Notes: a model not told the origin generated them from the sequence alone. A stretch of DNA of 64,000 nucleotides from a virus (IMGVR_UViG_2713896898_000005), one strand, 5' to 3'. Shown: positions 29,273 to 38,600, counted from the stretch's first letter. Numbers and translations: made by a program.

Positions 29273-30170
29273 GCACTGGAAAAACATTACTATTTATAAA
29301 CTTTCTCGTGAGGCGGATCTGACCGACTTAGAAGATAAAACGAAAATGATCCTTTTCACGCCATGCGGTAGTCAGGATATGGCCAAGTTCGGTTTTGTAT
29401 CGCCATTTGGTGATAATTCCGAAGTTATCGCTATGCATGGAAATGGTTTTATCCTTGTTGAAGCAAAGCGCGAAACAAAAATTCTTCCCCCGCCGGTTAT
29501 CCAGCGAGCTATTCAAGAAAAAATTGAAAAAATTGAGCAAGAACAAGCGCGTAAACTGAAGAAAACAGAGAAGGACTCCCTGAAAGACGAAGTTCTGCAT
29601 TCTCTTCTGCCACGGGCTTTTTCAAAGTTTTCTGTTATCCAGGCGATCTACGACGGTTCAACTAAACGTATCTATATCAATGCCAGCGCGCGGCAGGCAG
29701 AGGATATGCTCGCGCTTATGCGTAAATCTCTGGGTTCTCTTCCTGTTGTTCCCCTAAGTGTTGAAAATCCCATTGAATTAACGCTGACCGACTGGGTACG
29801 TGATGGTAGTGCTCCACAGGGATTTCAAATGGGGGATGCGGCAGAACTTAAGGCAGTGCTTGAGGATGGCGGTATTGCCCGAGTGAAAAAGCAGGATTTG
29901 GGAAGCGATGAAATTTCCACACACCTGGAAGCTGGCAAGCTCGTCACTAAGTTGGCACTCGACTGGCAGAACCGCATTAAATTTACACTGGACCATAACT
30001 TCAGCCTTACCAGCGTCAAATTTGCGGATGAATTGCTTGAGCAGAACTCTGATATTGATAGTGAAGATGTTGCGCAGCGACTGGACGCAGATTTCTTCCT
30101 GTTGACCAGTGAAATTTCGTGCCTGGTTGATGCTCTGGTAAATGCCCTTGGTGGAGAGGCTAAGCAGTGA
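29265..30170 (+). CDS. hrdC: RdgC-like recombination-associated protein
   Basis: From internal Met [13 protein letters not shown]...; close to E. coli RdgC throughout ([11 protein letters not shown]..., [12 protein letters not shown]...). Confidence 0.9.
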   Translation: MFKHWKNITIYKLSREADLTDLEDKTKMILFTPCGSQDMAKFGFVSPFGDNSEVIAMHGNGFILVEAKRETKILPPPVIQRAIQEKIEKIEQEQARKLKKTEKDSLKDEVLHSLLPRAFSKFSVIQAIYDGSTKRIYINASARQAEDMLALMRKSLGSLPVVPLSVENPIELTLTDWVRDGSAPQGFQMGDAAELKAVLEDGGIARVKKQDLGSDEISTHLEAGKLVTKLALDWQNRIKFTLDHNFSLTSVKFADELLEQNSDIDSEDVAQRLDADFFLLTSEISCLVDALVNALGGEAKQ

Positions 30171-33100
30171 AAGAGCTGTGCTATGGATCTGTTTGCAGTG
30201 GAATTGAAGCCGCGAGTATTGCCTGGGAACCGTTGGGTATGCGTCCGGCGTGGTTTGCTGAAATCGAGTCTTTTCCATCGGCCGTTCTTGCGCACCGCTG
30301 GCCCCATGTCGCCAACCTTGACGACATGACTAAACTTGCCAAAAAAGTCCTGGCTGGGGAAATCGAATCCCCTGACGTGCTCGTCGGGGGAACACCATGT
30401 TTTACCGCGGGGCATATGGTTCTTTGTAAAAATGGTTATAAACCAATAGAAGATGTTTGCCCTGGCGATTACGTAGTCAGTCATCTCGGGCGGTTACAAC
30501 AAGTAAAAAGAGTTGGTTCAAAAATAGCTAATACGGGGTTACTTAATGCCGTTGGGCAGCCTTTAGGTATAAGAACAACCAATGACCATCCCTTCCTGGC
30601 TGTTCGGTGGAAAGCCCAAAACACCCGGAAAAATGGCACATATTTTAAGAGAGAGTTGTTGTCTGAACCGGAATGGCGAGCAGCATGTGATATGCCAGGA
30701 TATCAATGGTGCGCTCTAACTAATTTCAATATTGCATCTCCAGATATTTGTTCTCGGTTCTTGTCTGAAGAACAGGCTATATATCTTGCGGGCGCTTATG
30801 TTGGCGATGGATATATTAGGAGATGGAGAGGTAAATCTAAGAAGGCGGTTGTTTTTGGCATAAATTGCCAGAAATTGAGAAAGTTTCATTGTCGCATACC
30901 AGAAAACATATTTTCCGTGGCAAGAGAAATCCGAGGGAGCATCAAAGTAACCTTGAATGATACGTGTTATGCCAATTGGCTTAATGAACATTTTGGCGAG
31001 TTAAGCCATGCTAAGCGTATCCCTGCATGGGTGATGTCGCATCCATTGCGTCATGTGTTTTTACAAGGCTATCTTGATACTGATGGGACACCAAGTGGTA
31101 AAGCGGGATTTAGAATTAATAGTGTTAGTCCTGCGCTTGCTTGGGGCGTTGCGGGGGTGTCACAGACTTGTGGTTATGTTTCTTCGGTCAGCTTTATTGA
31201 AGTTGAGCCCAAAAAAGTGATCGAGGATCGCGTGGTAAATCAACGGAATTATTATCAGGTAACAATCTGCCCGCAGAAATTGTCACGTAAATCAAGATTG
31301 GCTCATGGAATGCTTTTACGAACAGTCAAAGAGTTTAAATCGGTAGGCCTAGATACTGTATACAACATAGAAGTCGAAGGTGATCATTCCTATATTCTCA
31401 ATGGTGCGGTGGTCCATAACTGTCAGGCATTCAGTATCGCGGGATTACGTGGTGGGCTTGATGATGAGCGTGGCGCGCTAACTTTAAAGTATGTGGAGCT
31501 TGCAAATGCAATTGACGACAAACGGGCTGAGTCATTTCTCAAACCAGCCGTTATCGTCTGGGAAAATGTCCCAGGAGTCTTGTCATCGGCAGATAACGCC
31601 TTCGGATGTTTCCTTGCCGGATTGGCTGGAGAAGATGCGCCATTTGAACCAGGTGATCGACCTGAATCAGGAAAAAGTAACGCGTTCTGGCGGTGGGATG
31701 GCAAAACCGGTTGCCATGCTCCAAAGTGGCCGCAGTGTGGTTGTATTTATGGACCGCAGCGAAAGGTGGCCTGGAGAATCCTTGATGCCCAATACTTCGG
31801 AGTGGCACAACGACGCCGACGCGTGTTTGTTGTCGCAAGTGCTCGAACAGACCTCGATCCCGCAACGGTACTTTTTGAGTTCGAAGGCGTGCGCCGGAAT
31901 ATTGCGCCGAGCCGAAAAAAGAAGGAAATCGCTTCCGCCATTATTGCAAATGGCGCTGCAATCAGTGGCGAAAGCCTAAATTCATGCCTACACGCTGACA
32001 TTACCCCCGGTATGAAATCGACGAAAGCCGTAAACGCTTTCAGGATGGCGGCATTTGGGGAATATATTGGCGATGAAACCGCATCGACAGTAAAGGCGAG
32101 AGACTTTAAAGATGCCACTGACCTTGCAGTTTTTAGCAGCACAGGAGCAGGTTTTTGGTCAGAAGGGCATGGTACATTGCGGGCACGTGAGCAAGAAAGC
32201 CATGAGCATCTTGTTACATTGGCTTTTCCTGAGCGTATGAGCGGTACACAACATGCTGCAACTAAGAATACTTCACCATCTTTAATGGCCAAAAATACAA
32301 CAGCCGTTTGCTATGACGTAGGAAACGCAGCAGTAGCTGTCCGCCGTCTTACCCCTGTCGAATGTGAAAGACTGCAAGGTTTTCCTGATGGGCATACGTT
32401 GATCCCGACGGAAAAGCGTAAAAAAGTTACTTCAGATGAACTGGCATACCTTCGCAATCACTATCCAGATTTAAGCGAAGAAGAGGCCGCGATGCTTGCA
32501 GCTGACGGACCGCGTTACAAAGCGATCGGCAATAGCATGGCGATACCAGTAATGCGATGGATTGGTGAGCGGATTATTAAGGCTGCATATCAGCAGGCAA
32601 AAAATCATGAAGCAACAGAACGGAGAGTTAAGCTAACGGCAGAATTTGACCGTCCCATATTTAAATGGGTCGGCGGAAAATTTGGTGTTCTTGAACAAAT
32701 CTTTAGGCATTTACCTGACGGAAAGCGCCTGATCGAGCCTTTCGTTGGTGGCGGAGCTGTCTTCATAAATGCCGGATATCAAGAAAATCTGCTAAATGAT
32801 GTGAATGCTGACCTGATTAACTTTTACAGGACTCTGCAACGTGAGGGACATTCACTTATCACTCTGGCGCATCGGTTTTTCCAGGACTACAACACACAGG
32901 AAGGATACCTGGCAGTACGGAATGCGTTTAACAAACAAGCCTATGATGATTTACATCGTGCAGCAGCGTTTTTGTTCCTGAACCGACATTGTTTTAACGG
33001 ATTGACGCGTTACAACCAGGCCGGTGAGTTTAATGTTGGTTATGGGAAGTATAAAACTCCGTATTTCCCATTACAGGAGATGGAAGCCTTCCTCGGTGCT

Positions 33101-33454
33101 GAAGGGCGTTCTGAGTTTGTATGTGGTGATTTTTCAGCGGTGATTGAAGCTGCCGGAGAAGGAGATGTCATCTTTTGCGATCCTCCGTATGAACCGCTCC
33201 CCAATACAGAGGGGTTCACAAACTATTCCGGTCATGACTTTAAGTTTGAAGAGCAAAAACGCCTGGTATCTCTGCTAATGGATGCTCATCGCCGAGGTGC
33301 AAAGATCCTCATTACTAATAGTGGTGCGCCAAACATCAGGGAGCTTTACCAAGACAGTGGCTTCAGAGTGGAACCTCTTTTTGCCAGACGTTCTGTGTCT
33401 TGTAAGGGGAACACTCGTGGTGTAGCTCATGACGTTATTGCTATATTGCTCTAA
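30167..33454 (+). CDS. dmt: Dmt bifunctional DNA methyltransferase (Dcm-like C5 domain plus Dam-like N6 domain), intein-containing precursor
   Basis: C5-MTase motifs SVCSGIE (I), [12 protein letters not shown] (IV, interrupted), VIVWENVPG (VI); Dam motifs EPFVGGGAV and DPPYEP; 1095 aa = about 754 aa + 341-aa insertion. Confidence 0.9.
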   Translation: MKELCYGSVCSGIEAASIAWEPLGMRPAWFAEIESFPSAVLAHRWPHVANLDDMTKLAKKVLAGEIESPDVLVGGTPCFTAGHMVLCKNGYKPIEDVCPGDYVVSHLGRLQQVKRVGSKIANTGLLNAVGQPLGIRTTNDHPFLAVRWKAQNTRKNGTYFKRELLSEPEWRAACDMPGYQWCALTNFNIASPDICSRFLSEEQAIYLAGAYVGDGYIRRWRGKSKKAVVFGINCQKLRKFHCRIPENIFSVAREIRGSIKVTLNDTCYANWLNEHFGELSHAKRIPAWVMSHPLRHVFLQGYLDTDGTPSGKAGFRINSVSPALAWGVAGVSQTCGYVSSVSFIEVEPKKVIEDRVVNQRNYYQVTICPQKLSRKSRLAHGMLLRTVKEFKSVGLDTVYNIEVEGDHSYILNGAVVHNCQAFSIAGLRGGLDDERGALTLKYVELANAIDDKRAESFLKPAVIVWENVPGVLSSADNAFGCFLAGLAGEDAPFEPGDRPESGKSNAFWRWDGKTGCHAPKWPQCGCIYGPQRKVAWRILDAQYFGVAQRRRRVFVVASARTDLDPATVLFEFEGVRRNIAPSRKKKEIASAIIANGAAISGESLNSCLHADITPGMKSTKAVNAFRMAAFGEYIGDETASTVKARDFKDATDLAVFSSTGAGFWSEGHGTLRAREQESHEHLVTLAFPERMSGTQHAATKNTSPSLMAKNTTAVCYDVGNAAVAVRRLTPVECERLQGFPDGHTLIPTEKRKKVTSDELAYLRNHYPDLSEEEAAMLAADGPRYKAIGNSMAIPVMRWIGERIIKAAYQQAKNHEATERRVKLTAEFDRPIFKWVGGKFGVLEQIFRHLPDGKRLIEPFVGGGAVFINAGYQENLLNDVNADLINFYRTLQREGHSLITLAHRFFQDYNTQEGYLAVRNAFNKQAYDDLHRAAAFLFLNRHCFNGLTRYNQAGEFNVGYGKYKTPYFPLQEMEAFLGAEGRSEFVCGDFSAVIEAAGEGDVIFCDPPYEPLPNTEGFTNYSGHDFKFEEQKRLVSLLMDAHRRGAKILITNSGAPNIRELYQDSGFRVEPLFARRSVSCKGNTRGVAHDVIAILL
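30398..31420 (+). mobile_element. Intein with LAGLIDADG homing-endonuclease domain, inside dmt
   Basis: Starts with Cys (CFTAGHMVL), ends VVHN followed by Cys +1; block B TNDH; LAGLIDADG-like [11 protein letters not shown] and [10 protein letters not shown]; excision restores [12 protein letters not shown]. Confidence 0.85.
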
Positions 33455-33461
33455 TAAATTT
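33445..33461 (+). promoter_or_regulatory. C1 operator (perfect consensus) overlapping the dmt stop codon
   Basis: ATTGCTCTAATAAATTT 17/17, followed by TAATAT -10-like hexamer. Confidence 0.75.
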
Positions 33462-33642
33462 ATTAGTGTAATATGGTTTCAATGAATCGTGATTTATAGA
33501 GCGATTTAGCTGTTAGCCGCGACAGGCGCGGCGGCAAGTATGGCGGGGTAGTGACTCCTTCCCCCTCATGACGCCGAGTTGCCAGGTTGACCATACGCCT
33601 AAGTGGCAATACCGAAATGCGTAACGAGCTTACATCCTGTTT

Positions 33643-33667
33643 GCCCATCTTCGGGTGGGCGTTTTTT
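33643..33667 (+). terminator. Rho-independent terminator with UUCG-type loop
   Basis: GCCCATC-TTCG-GGTGGGC followed by TTTTTT. Confidence 0.6.
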
Positions 33668-33848
33668 CAGGGTTTTCGTCATGGTTAGCGACTTTGCGGC
33701 GGTTTAGAAACTGACCATTAAAGTAAATGCAAACGATGATCTGATGATGGCTGCGGCCTAAGAAGCCAGACGCCACGGGGTATGAGTCGTCCCCCGTCAA
33801 AAAATCGACCGCAGAGTGTCCCCGTCTGTGTATTAGGGAACGGGGAGG

Positions 33849-33927
33849 CACAACAGGTAAGGGCGCTGGTGTGATTAACCAGATGAACGAGAAGGGGCCA
33901 TCTGTTGGTCAGCGTCCTTTCCTGTTG
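33849..33927 (+). repeat. tRNA-like structured repeat unit A
   Basis: CACAACAGGTAAGGGCG pairs with CGTCCTTTCCTGTTG around a roughly 50-nt core; leader and trailer boxes shared with units B-D. Confidence 0.4.
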
Positions 33928-34132
33928 CGTCTTCTTTTCAGCGTAACAGCGGTGCTTAACAGCACTTTGGGTACAGTTCCACGAATTTACGGGTATATCC
34001 CGTCATGCTGAAAGCGCTAATCACGCTGGAAGCCAGGGTTATGCATCCCCTGTTACCGAATTGCAGCCAGGGCGCGGTGCGCCGAAAAGCATACGGAGGT
34101 GGAAGCCCTCGCCGGAGACGTACCCGGCAAGT

Positions 34133-34208
34133 GATGGTGTAGCTCAGCGGTTAGAGCAGTTGGCTGTTAACTAACTGGTCGGTGGTTCGAATCCACCCAC
34201 CATCGCCA
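34133..34208 (+). tRNA. tRNA-Asn (anticodon GTT)
   Basis: 76-nt cloverleaf: acceptor GATGGTG/CACCATC, anticodon loop CTGTTAA, T-arm GGTGG-TTCGAAT-CCACC, 3' GCCA. Confidence 0.85.
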
Positions 34209-34210
34209 AT

Positions 34211-34343
34211 GCCGGTTTAGCTCAGTGGGAGAGCACGAGAGCCAAAGCATCGTTTCTACTTCGGTAGACAGCCTTGCTGGTCAAATGACAACGATTCGAT
34301 GTTAGGCCAGAGGTCAGCGGTTCGAATCCGTTAACCGGCACCA
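34211..34343 (+). ncRNA. 133-nt tRNA-like RNA gene (tRNA ends with a structured internal insertion)
   Basis: Perfect acceptor stem GCCGGTT/AACCGGC with ACCA 3' end, D-arm GCTC..GAGC and T-arm; interior replaced by about 57 extra nt including a UUCG-capped hairpin; no canonical anticodon arm. Confidence 0.45.
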
Positions 34344-34344
34344 G

Positions 34345-34431
34345 CACAACAGGTAAGGGTATTTTGCGACGTCGGAGATCGCCGAGCTTGGCAGAGGGTT
34401 CGAATCCCTCCGAAGTACCCTTACCGTTGTG
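34345..34431 (+). repeat. tRNA-like structured repeat unit B
   Basis: 16-bp imperfect outer stem CACAACAGGTAAGGGTA / TACCCTTACCGTTGTG around a T-arm-like hairpin GAGGG-TTCGAAT-CCCTC. Confidence 0.4.
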
Positions 34432-34557
34432 ATGAATGCGCAGGCTGATGCGCGAAAGACATTGCAGCTATTGCGGAAAAGAGCTGTCCGGCGGGGCAAT
34501 TAAACGCCCGTGAGAGTCTGAAATAACCGCAAGCCGGAGATCAGCACCGGTCATCAC

Positions 34558-34646
34558 AACACAACAGGTAAGAGCATTTGTAGAGTTCGACTCTCTACCG
34601 TGGGCTTTTTCCCGCGATGCGAGACGTGAATGCTCTTTCCGTTGTG
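34558..34646 (+). repeat. tRNA-like structured repeat unit C
   Basis: Outer stem ACAACAGGTAAGAGCATT / AATGCTCTTTCCGTTGTG around the T-arm-like hairpin GTAGAG-TTCGACT-CTCTAC. Confidence 0.4.
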
Positions 34647-34799
34647 GTGAATGCGCGTTGCTGGCGCGCAAGTCCGCCCTATGGCAACGAGGCGGCGTAG
34701 TAAATATCGATGCCTCAGTCATCAAGCGCACTGACCGGCCTTATGGGCTATGAAAAAAAGAGGCGCAGTCGGAGATCAGCACCGACCACCACAATCATT

Positions 34800-34886
34800 G
34801 GAGAGTAGGGAGTATGGCGCTCAAGCGGTCTTGAAAACCGTCCCATTGCGCAAGCGATGATGGTTCGATTCCATTACTCTCCACCA
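34800..34886 (+). tRNA. Type II tRNA, probably tRNA-Ser (anticodon TGA), with atypical D-arm
   Basis: Acceptor GGAGAGT/ACTCTCC plus ACCA; anticodon arm GCGGT-CTTGAAA-ACCGT matches E. coli tRNA-Ser(UGA); long variable arm; T-arm GATGG-TTCGATT-CCATT. Confidence 0.5.
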
Positions 34887-34896
34887 GCGCAACGTT

Positions 34897-34990
34897 AAGA
34901 GTATTTGGCTAATTAAGCGAATGCCGGAAGCAGAACCGGATCACCAAATGCGTACAGGCGTCATCGCCGCCCAGCCAGCCAAGTGCTCTT
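34897..34990 (+). repeat. tRNA-like structured repeat unit D
   Basis: Outer stem AAGAGTATTTGGCT / AGCCAAGTGCTCTT followed by the same conserved trailer box as units B and C. Confidence 0.35.
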
Positions 34991-35107
34991 ACCATTGCGG
35001 TGAATTCGGCTAAGCGCACGCGGAACAGTTAAAACAATCCTCCTTGATGATTAAACATTCCGGCGTTAATTGTTAACTGGTTAACGTCACCGGGAGGCAC
35101 CCGGCAC

Positions 35108-35124
35108 CGCAATCTAATAAATAT
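35108..35124 (+). promoter_or_regulatory. C1 operator-like site upstream of tciA
   Basis: CGCAATCTAATAAATAT keeps the TCTAATAAAT core. Confidence 0.4.
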
Positions 35125-35148
35125 GTCACTTTTATTGAGGGATAACCA

Positions 35149-35583
35149 ATGTTCGGTAAATTGTTCGGCAAGAAAGTCGCTTCTGCAAAAGTAGAGCTGA
35201 AAAAAGTTGAGAATCGCGATCTGATGGAGGCCATTATCGGTGGCTGTTTGTTGGTGTCTGCCGCTGATGGTGAAATCAAAAAAGAAGAAACAGCGAAACT
35301 TGATCAGCTTATCCGCTCTAATCCGCGTCTTAGTCATTTTGGTAACGAAATTACCGCAACAATTACCCGCTTTACCGAGCAACTGGAAGCTGGCTTCCGT
35401 GTTGGTCGCATGAATATCCTTCGCGAAATTGAAGATATCAAAAACGACCCAAAAGAAGCGGAAGAAGTATTCGTTAACATGCTGACGATTGCAGAAGCGG
35501 ACGGTGAAATCGAGCCAGCAGAACACAAAGTACTGGAAGAAGTAGGCCGTCGTTTAGGTCTTCGTGTGGAAGATTATCTGTAA
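35149..35583 (+). CDS. tciA: TerB-like protein
   Basis: 144-aa ORF; TerB-like helical pattern; followed by two tiny membrane ORFs and tRNA-Ile as in P1 tciABC. Confidence 0.75.
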   Translation: MFGKLFGKKVASAKVELKKVENRDLMEAIIGGCLLVSAADGEIKKEETAKLDQLIRSNPRLSHFGNEITATITRFTEQLEAGFRVGRMNILREIEDIKNDPKEAEEVFVNMLTIAEADGEIEPAEHKVLEEVGRRLGLRVEDYL

Positions 35584-35747
35584 TGGCAAGCAAGGCACGT
35601 ATCGCAATCGCCATTGGTTTTCTCTTGCTGTCCGTGCTGGTGGATTTCACCAGCACAATCCTGTCAGTTTTATCGGACGGGGCGTTGGTGGCAGTGGCTG
35701 TAACATTGGTATGGCCGATATTTAAAACAGCTTCGAAGGATCAGTGA
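35583..35747 (+). CDS. tciB: Small membrane protein
   Basis: 54-aa hydrophobic ORF; start overlaps the tciA stop (TAATG). Confidence 0.55.
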   Translation: MASKARIAIAIGFLLLSVLVDFTSTILSVLSDGALVAVAVTLVWPIFKTASKDQ

Positions 35748-35854
35748 TGGGCTTCTGGGATTTTGCTGACAAGTATCCAATTGTTCTCATTATCATTGTT
35801 GCCATAGTTGTAGGCGGCGTTGTTAGCGCCATTGAAGCACTTAGGAAACAGTAA
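35747..35854 (+). CDS. tciC: Small membrane protein
   Basis: 35-aa hydrophobic ORF; start overlaps the tciB stop. Confidence 0.5.
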   Translation: MGFWDFADKYPIVLIIIVAIVVGGVVSAIEALRKQ

Positions 35855-35857
35855 TCC

Positions 35858-35933
35858 GGCCCTTTAGCTCAGTGGTTAGAGCTGGCGACTCATAATCGCA
35901 CGGTCACCGGTTCAAGTCCGGTAGGGGTCACCA
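35858..35933 (+). tRNA. tRNA-Ile2 (anticodon CAT, lysidine type)
   Basis: 76 nt; anticodon arm GGCGACTCATAATCGC and D-arm match E. coli ileX; 3' ACCA. Confidence 0.85.
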
Positions 35934-36208
35934 CATTTGGTTGTAACACGGCGTCTGGCACATGCGTCGTTAGCGGTCTGGTGACGTTAAAGGGGTTACC
36001 TTTTCCCCTAGCTCAGGCAACAAACCAGGTAGCCGGAATGTGCAAGCCCCGTTCATAGCGTCGGACTGCGGATTCACCATCCTGGCGATTCGGTGTGACA
36101 GCCGGGAAGAGTCCGGCGCATTAATCCTGATTTTCTGGTGATGACTCATATCGTTAGGAGTGATTTGAGTATGCCGATTATATCTGACATTCAGCACACC
36201 AGGGTGGA

Positions 36209-37579
36209 GTGTTAATGTCTGCATCCCCTCTTGAATCCATGCCAAATTCCCTTAGTGCAGAACAAGCTGTGCTTGGTGGCTTAATGCTTGATAACTGCCG
36301 CTGGGATGAAGTTGCAGATCGTATAGTTGCTGATGATTTTTATACCAGTGCTCATCGTGAAATTTTCAGTGAGATGGAGAGGTTATTAAGTCATGGCAAA
36401 CCGATTGATTTGATAACACTTGCTGAAGCACTTGAACAGAACGGTAAATTAGAACGCGCCGGTGGTTTTGCGTACCTTGCGGAGATGTCAAAGAACACGC
36501 CCAGCGCGGCAAATATTTGTGCTTATGCGGATATCGTTCGTGAACGTGCGGTTGTTCGTGAAATGATTTCCGTCGCAAATGAAATAGCCGAAGCTGGATA
36601 TGCGCAGGATGGCCGGAGCAGCAATGAATTGCTGGATATGGCCGAGCGCCGCGTTTTTGAAATAGCTGAAAAACGACAAAAGAGCGGTAGTGGTCCAAAA
36701 GATATCGCCAGCATTCTCGATGCAACGGTATCTCGCATAGAAGAGTTGTTTCAGCGACCGCATGATGGTGTAACGGGGCTTGATACCGGATTTACCGATC
36801 TCAATAAGAAGACGGCAGGGCTTCAGCCATCCGATCTCATTATTGTCGCCGCCCGCCCATCTATGGGAAAGACTACGTTTGCGATGAATCTTGTCGAAAA
36901 TGCCGCAGTCCGTAGCGATAAGCCTGTATTGGTTTTTAGCCTTGAGATGCCAAGCCACCAGCTGATGATGCGCTCACTGGCCTCTCTTGCACGTGTTGAT
37001 CAGACTCGTATTAGAACGGGGCAACTTAACGACGAGGATTGGGCGCGTGTTTCTGGTGCAATGGGGATTCTGTTGGACAAGCAGAATATTTTTATTGATG
37101 ACTCAAGCGCCCTGACACCTACAGAGCTTCGTTCCCGTGCTCGTCGTGTTTATAAAGAAAATGGCGGATTGAGCATGATCATGATCGACTACCTGCAACT
37201 TATGCGCGTCCCCGAGCTGCAAGACAACCGAACGCTGGAAATTGCCGAGATTTCTCGCTCACTTAAGGCGTTGGCGAAGGAATTACAGGTGCCGGTGGTG
37301 GCATTGTCACAACTTAATCGCTCGCTTGAACAGCGTGCGGACAAACGACCGGTAAATTCAGATTTGCGTGAATCTGGAGCAATTGAACAGGACGCAGACC
37401 TGATCATGTTTCTGTATCGCGACGAGGTTTATCACCCGGATAGCGAAATGAAGGGCATTGCCGAGGTGATTATTGGTAAGCAACGAAATGGCCCGATTGG
37501 CACGGTGAGATTGGCTTTTAACGGCCAGTATTCACGATTTGATAACTATGCTGGTGCTGACTGGCAAGAGGATTATTAA
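36209..37579 (+). CDS. ban: Ban, DnaB-family replicative helicase
   Basis: 456-aa ORF; Walker A ARPSMGKTTFAMN; DnaB C-terminal motifs. Confidence 0.9.
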   Translation: MLMSASPLESMPNSLSAEQAVLGGLMLDNCRWDEVADRIVADDFYTSAHREIFSEMERLLSHGKPIDLITLAEALEQNGKLERAGGFAYLAEMSKNTPSAANICAYADIVRERAVVREMISVANEIAEAGYAQDGRSSNELLDMAERRVFEIAEKRQKSGSGPKDIASILDATVSRIEELFQRPHDGVTGLDTGFTDLNKKTAGLQPSDLIIVAARPSMGKTTFAMNLVENAAVRSDKPVLVFSLEMPSHQLMMRSLASLARVDQTRIRTGQLNDEDWARVSGAMGILLDKQNIFIDDSSALTPTELRSRARRVYKENGGLSMIMIDYLQLMRVPELQDNRTLEIAEISRSLKALAKELQVPVVALSQLNRSLEQRADKRPVNSDLRESGAIEQDADLIMFLYRDEVYHPDSEMKGIAEVIIGKQRNGPIGTVRLAFNGQYSRFDNYAGADWQEDY

Positions 37580-37980
37580 TGCAATGGAATGAGGAAAAGC
37601 CGATGAACATCCTGATCATTGGGCGAAAATTTGAAGCCATCAGTGATGTGAAAACATATACGGAAATGTGGGCTTATAACCTGGCCTGCGTCTTTAGTGA
37701 GGCTGGGGTAACATTGCAATACCATCGTCCATATTTCCCCGGCGTCGAAAGCCCGGAGGATTATGTTGAAGCTGTGTTGACTGCTGCGACCGCATGTTCT
37801 GCGAAGGCCATTTTGGCACCAGGATTGAGGTATTTTACTACGGTGCCCAGGGAAATAGGCGTGCAACTGCGTCGTCGATTTACTGGATGGGTAGCCCAGG
37901 TATACGACGGTTCTATGCTGGATTCGGCACCAGTCGATATTACTTTTACTGTCCGCGATGATCTGGCGGTACCTGGATAA
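37579..37980 (+). CDS. N-terminal half of a GT-B-like glycosyltransferase (split gene)
   Basis: MNILIIGRKFE... Rossmann-like start; ends 23 nt inside the next ORF, which is in the +1 frame. Confidence 0.4.
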   Translation: MQWNEEKPMNILIIGRKFEAISDVKTYTEMWAYNLACVFSEAGVTLQYHRPYFPGVESPEDYVEAVLTAATACSAKAILAPGLRYFTTVPREIGVQLRRRFTGWVAQVYDGSMLDSAPVDITFTVRDDLAVPG

Positions 37981-38575
37981 TCCCGGTCGGTTAGAGCGTC
38001 ATAATCGCTTTAACAAACATGTTGGATGGGCAGCGAATCAGGAGCTGTTCCATCTGGAAACCAAAACAGACGATGTTCTGCGTATTTTTGTAGACCACGC
38101 TGCATTTGATGTTAGTGGGTTTGATCACTCCTTAAGTATCCTTATGAACCTTCAGCGTCTGACCGTTCCGAATGAGGCCAGAACGTTGACCGATGACGGA
38201 TTGGTTACCATTGATCCGGAGAATATTTCGGTAACCCCATACAGACGGACGCCGGTACCAGCAACCGAATTTGCAGCTGAATTGCGTAAGAGTGACGTTT
38301 TTATCGTTACGCATCCCGAAAGCCTTGGATTAACTGTTCTTGAGGCGGCAATGTGTGGGGCGTTGATATTAACGCCGCCCGATTGTCTTCCGCCGGATCG
38401 CCTGGCTTTGGTGAACCATATGGTTATCAAGTCGCGGATTGATTGGGATGAGGTTATTGCTCGCATTGATCGCGTGAAAAATGCTGAAAAGGTCCAGTGT
38501 CACACTTGGTCGGCAATTGCGGAAAAGATGCTTGATACGTTTATCACGCAGAAACCGTCGCGCGGTAACGGATAA
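37958..38575 (+). CDS. C-terminal half of a GT4-like glycosyltransferase (split gene)
   Basis: ...DVFIVTHPESLGLTVLEAAMCGALILTP... resembles the GT4 EX7E region. Confidence 0.4.
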   Translation: MIWRYLDNPGRLERHNRFNKHVGWAANQELFHLETKTDDVLRIFVDHAAFDVSGFDHSLSILMNLQRLTVPNEARTLTDDGLVTIDPENISVTPYRRTPVPATEFAAELRKSDVFIVTHPESLGLTVLEAAMCGALILTPPDCLPPDRLALVNHMVIKSRIDWDEVIARIDRVKNAEKVQCHTWSAIAEKMLDTFITQKPSRGNG

Positions 38576-38600
38576 AAAATTGAACCCGTCATAACAGAAA

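Noticed and set aside
34211-34343. Calling the second tRNA-like gene a normal tRNA-Thr
   Set aside because: It is 133 nt long and has no canonical anticodon stem-loop; only the acceptor, D and T arms are tRNA-like. Reported as a tRNA-like ncRNA instead.
33849-34580. AGGTAAG at the start of each repeat unit as a eukaryote-like 5' splice site or intron boundary
   Set aside because: No other intron features (no group I/II core, no branch or 3' site); the motif is simply part of the conserved outer stem.
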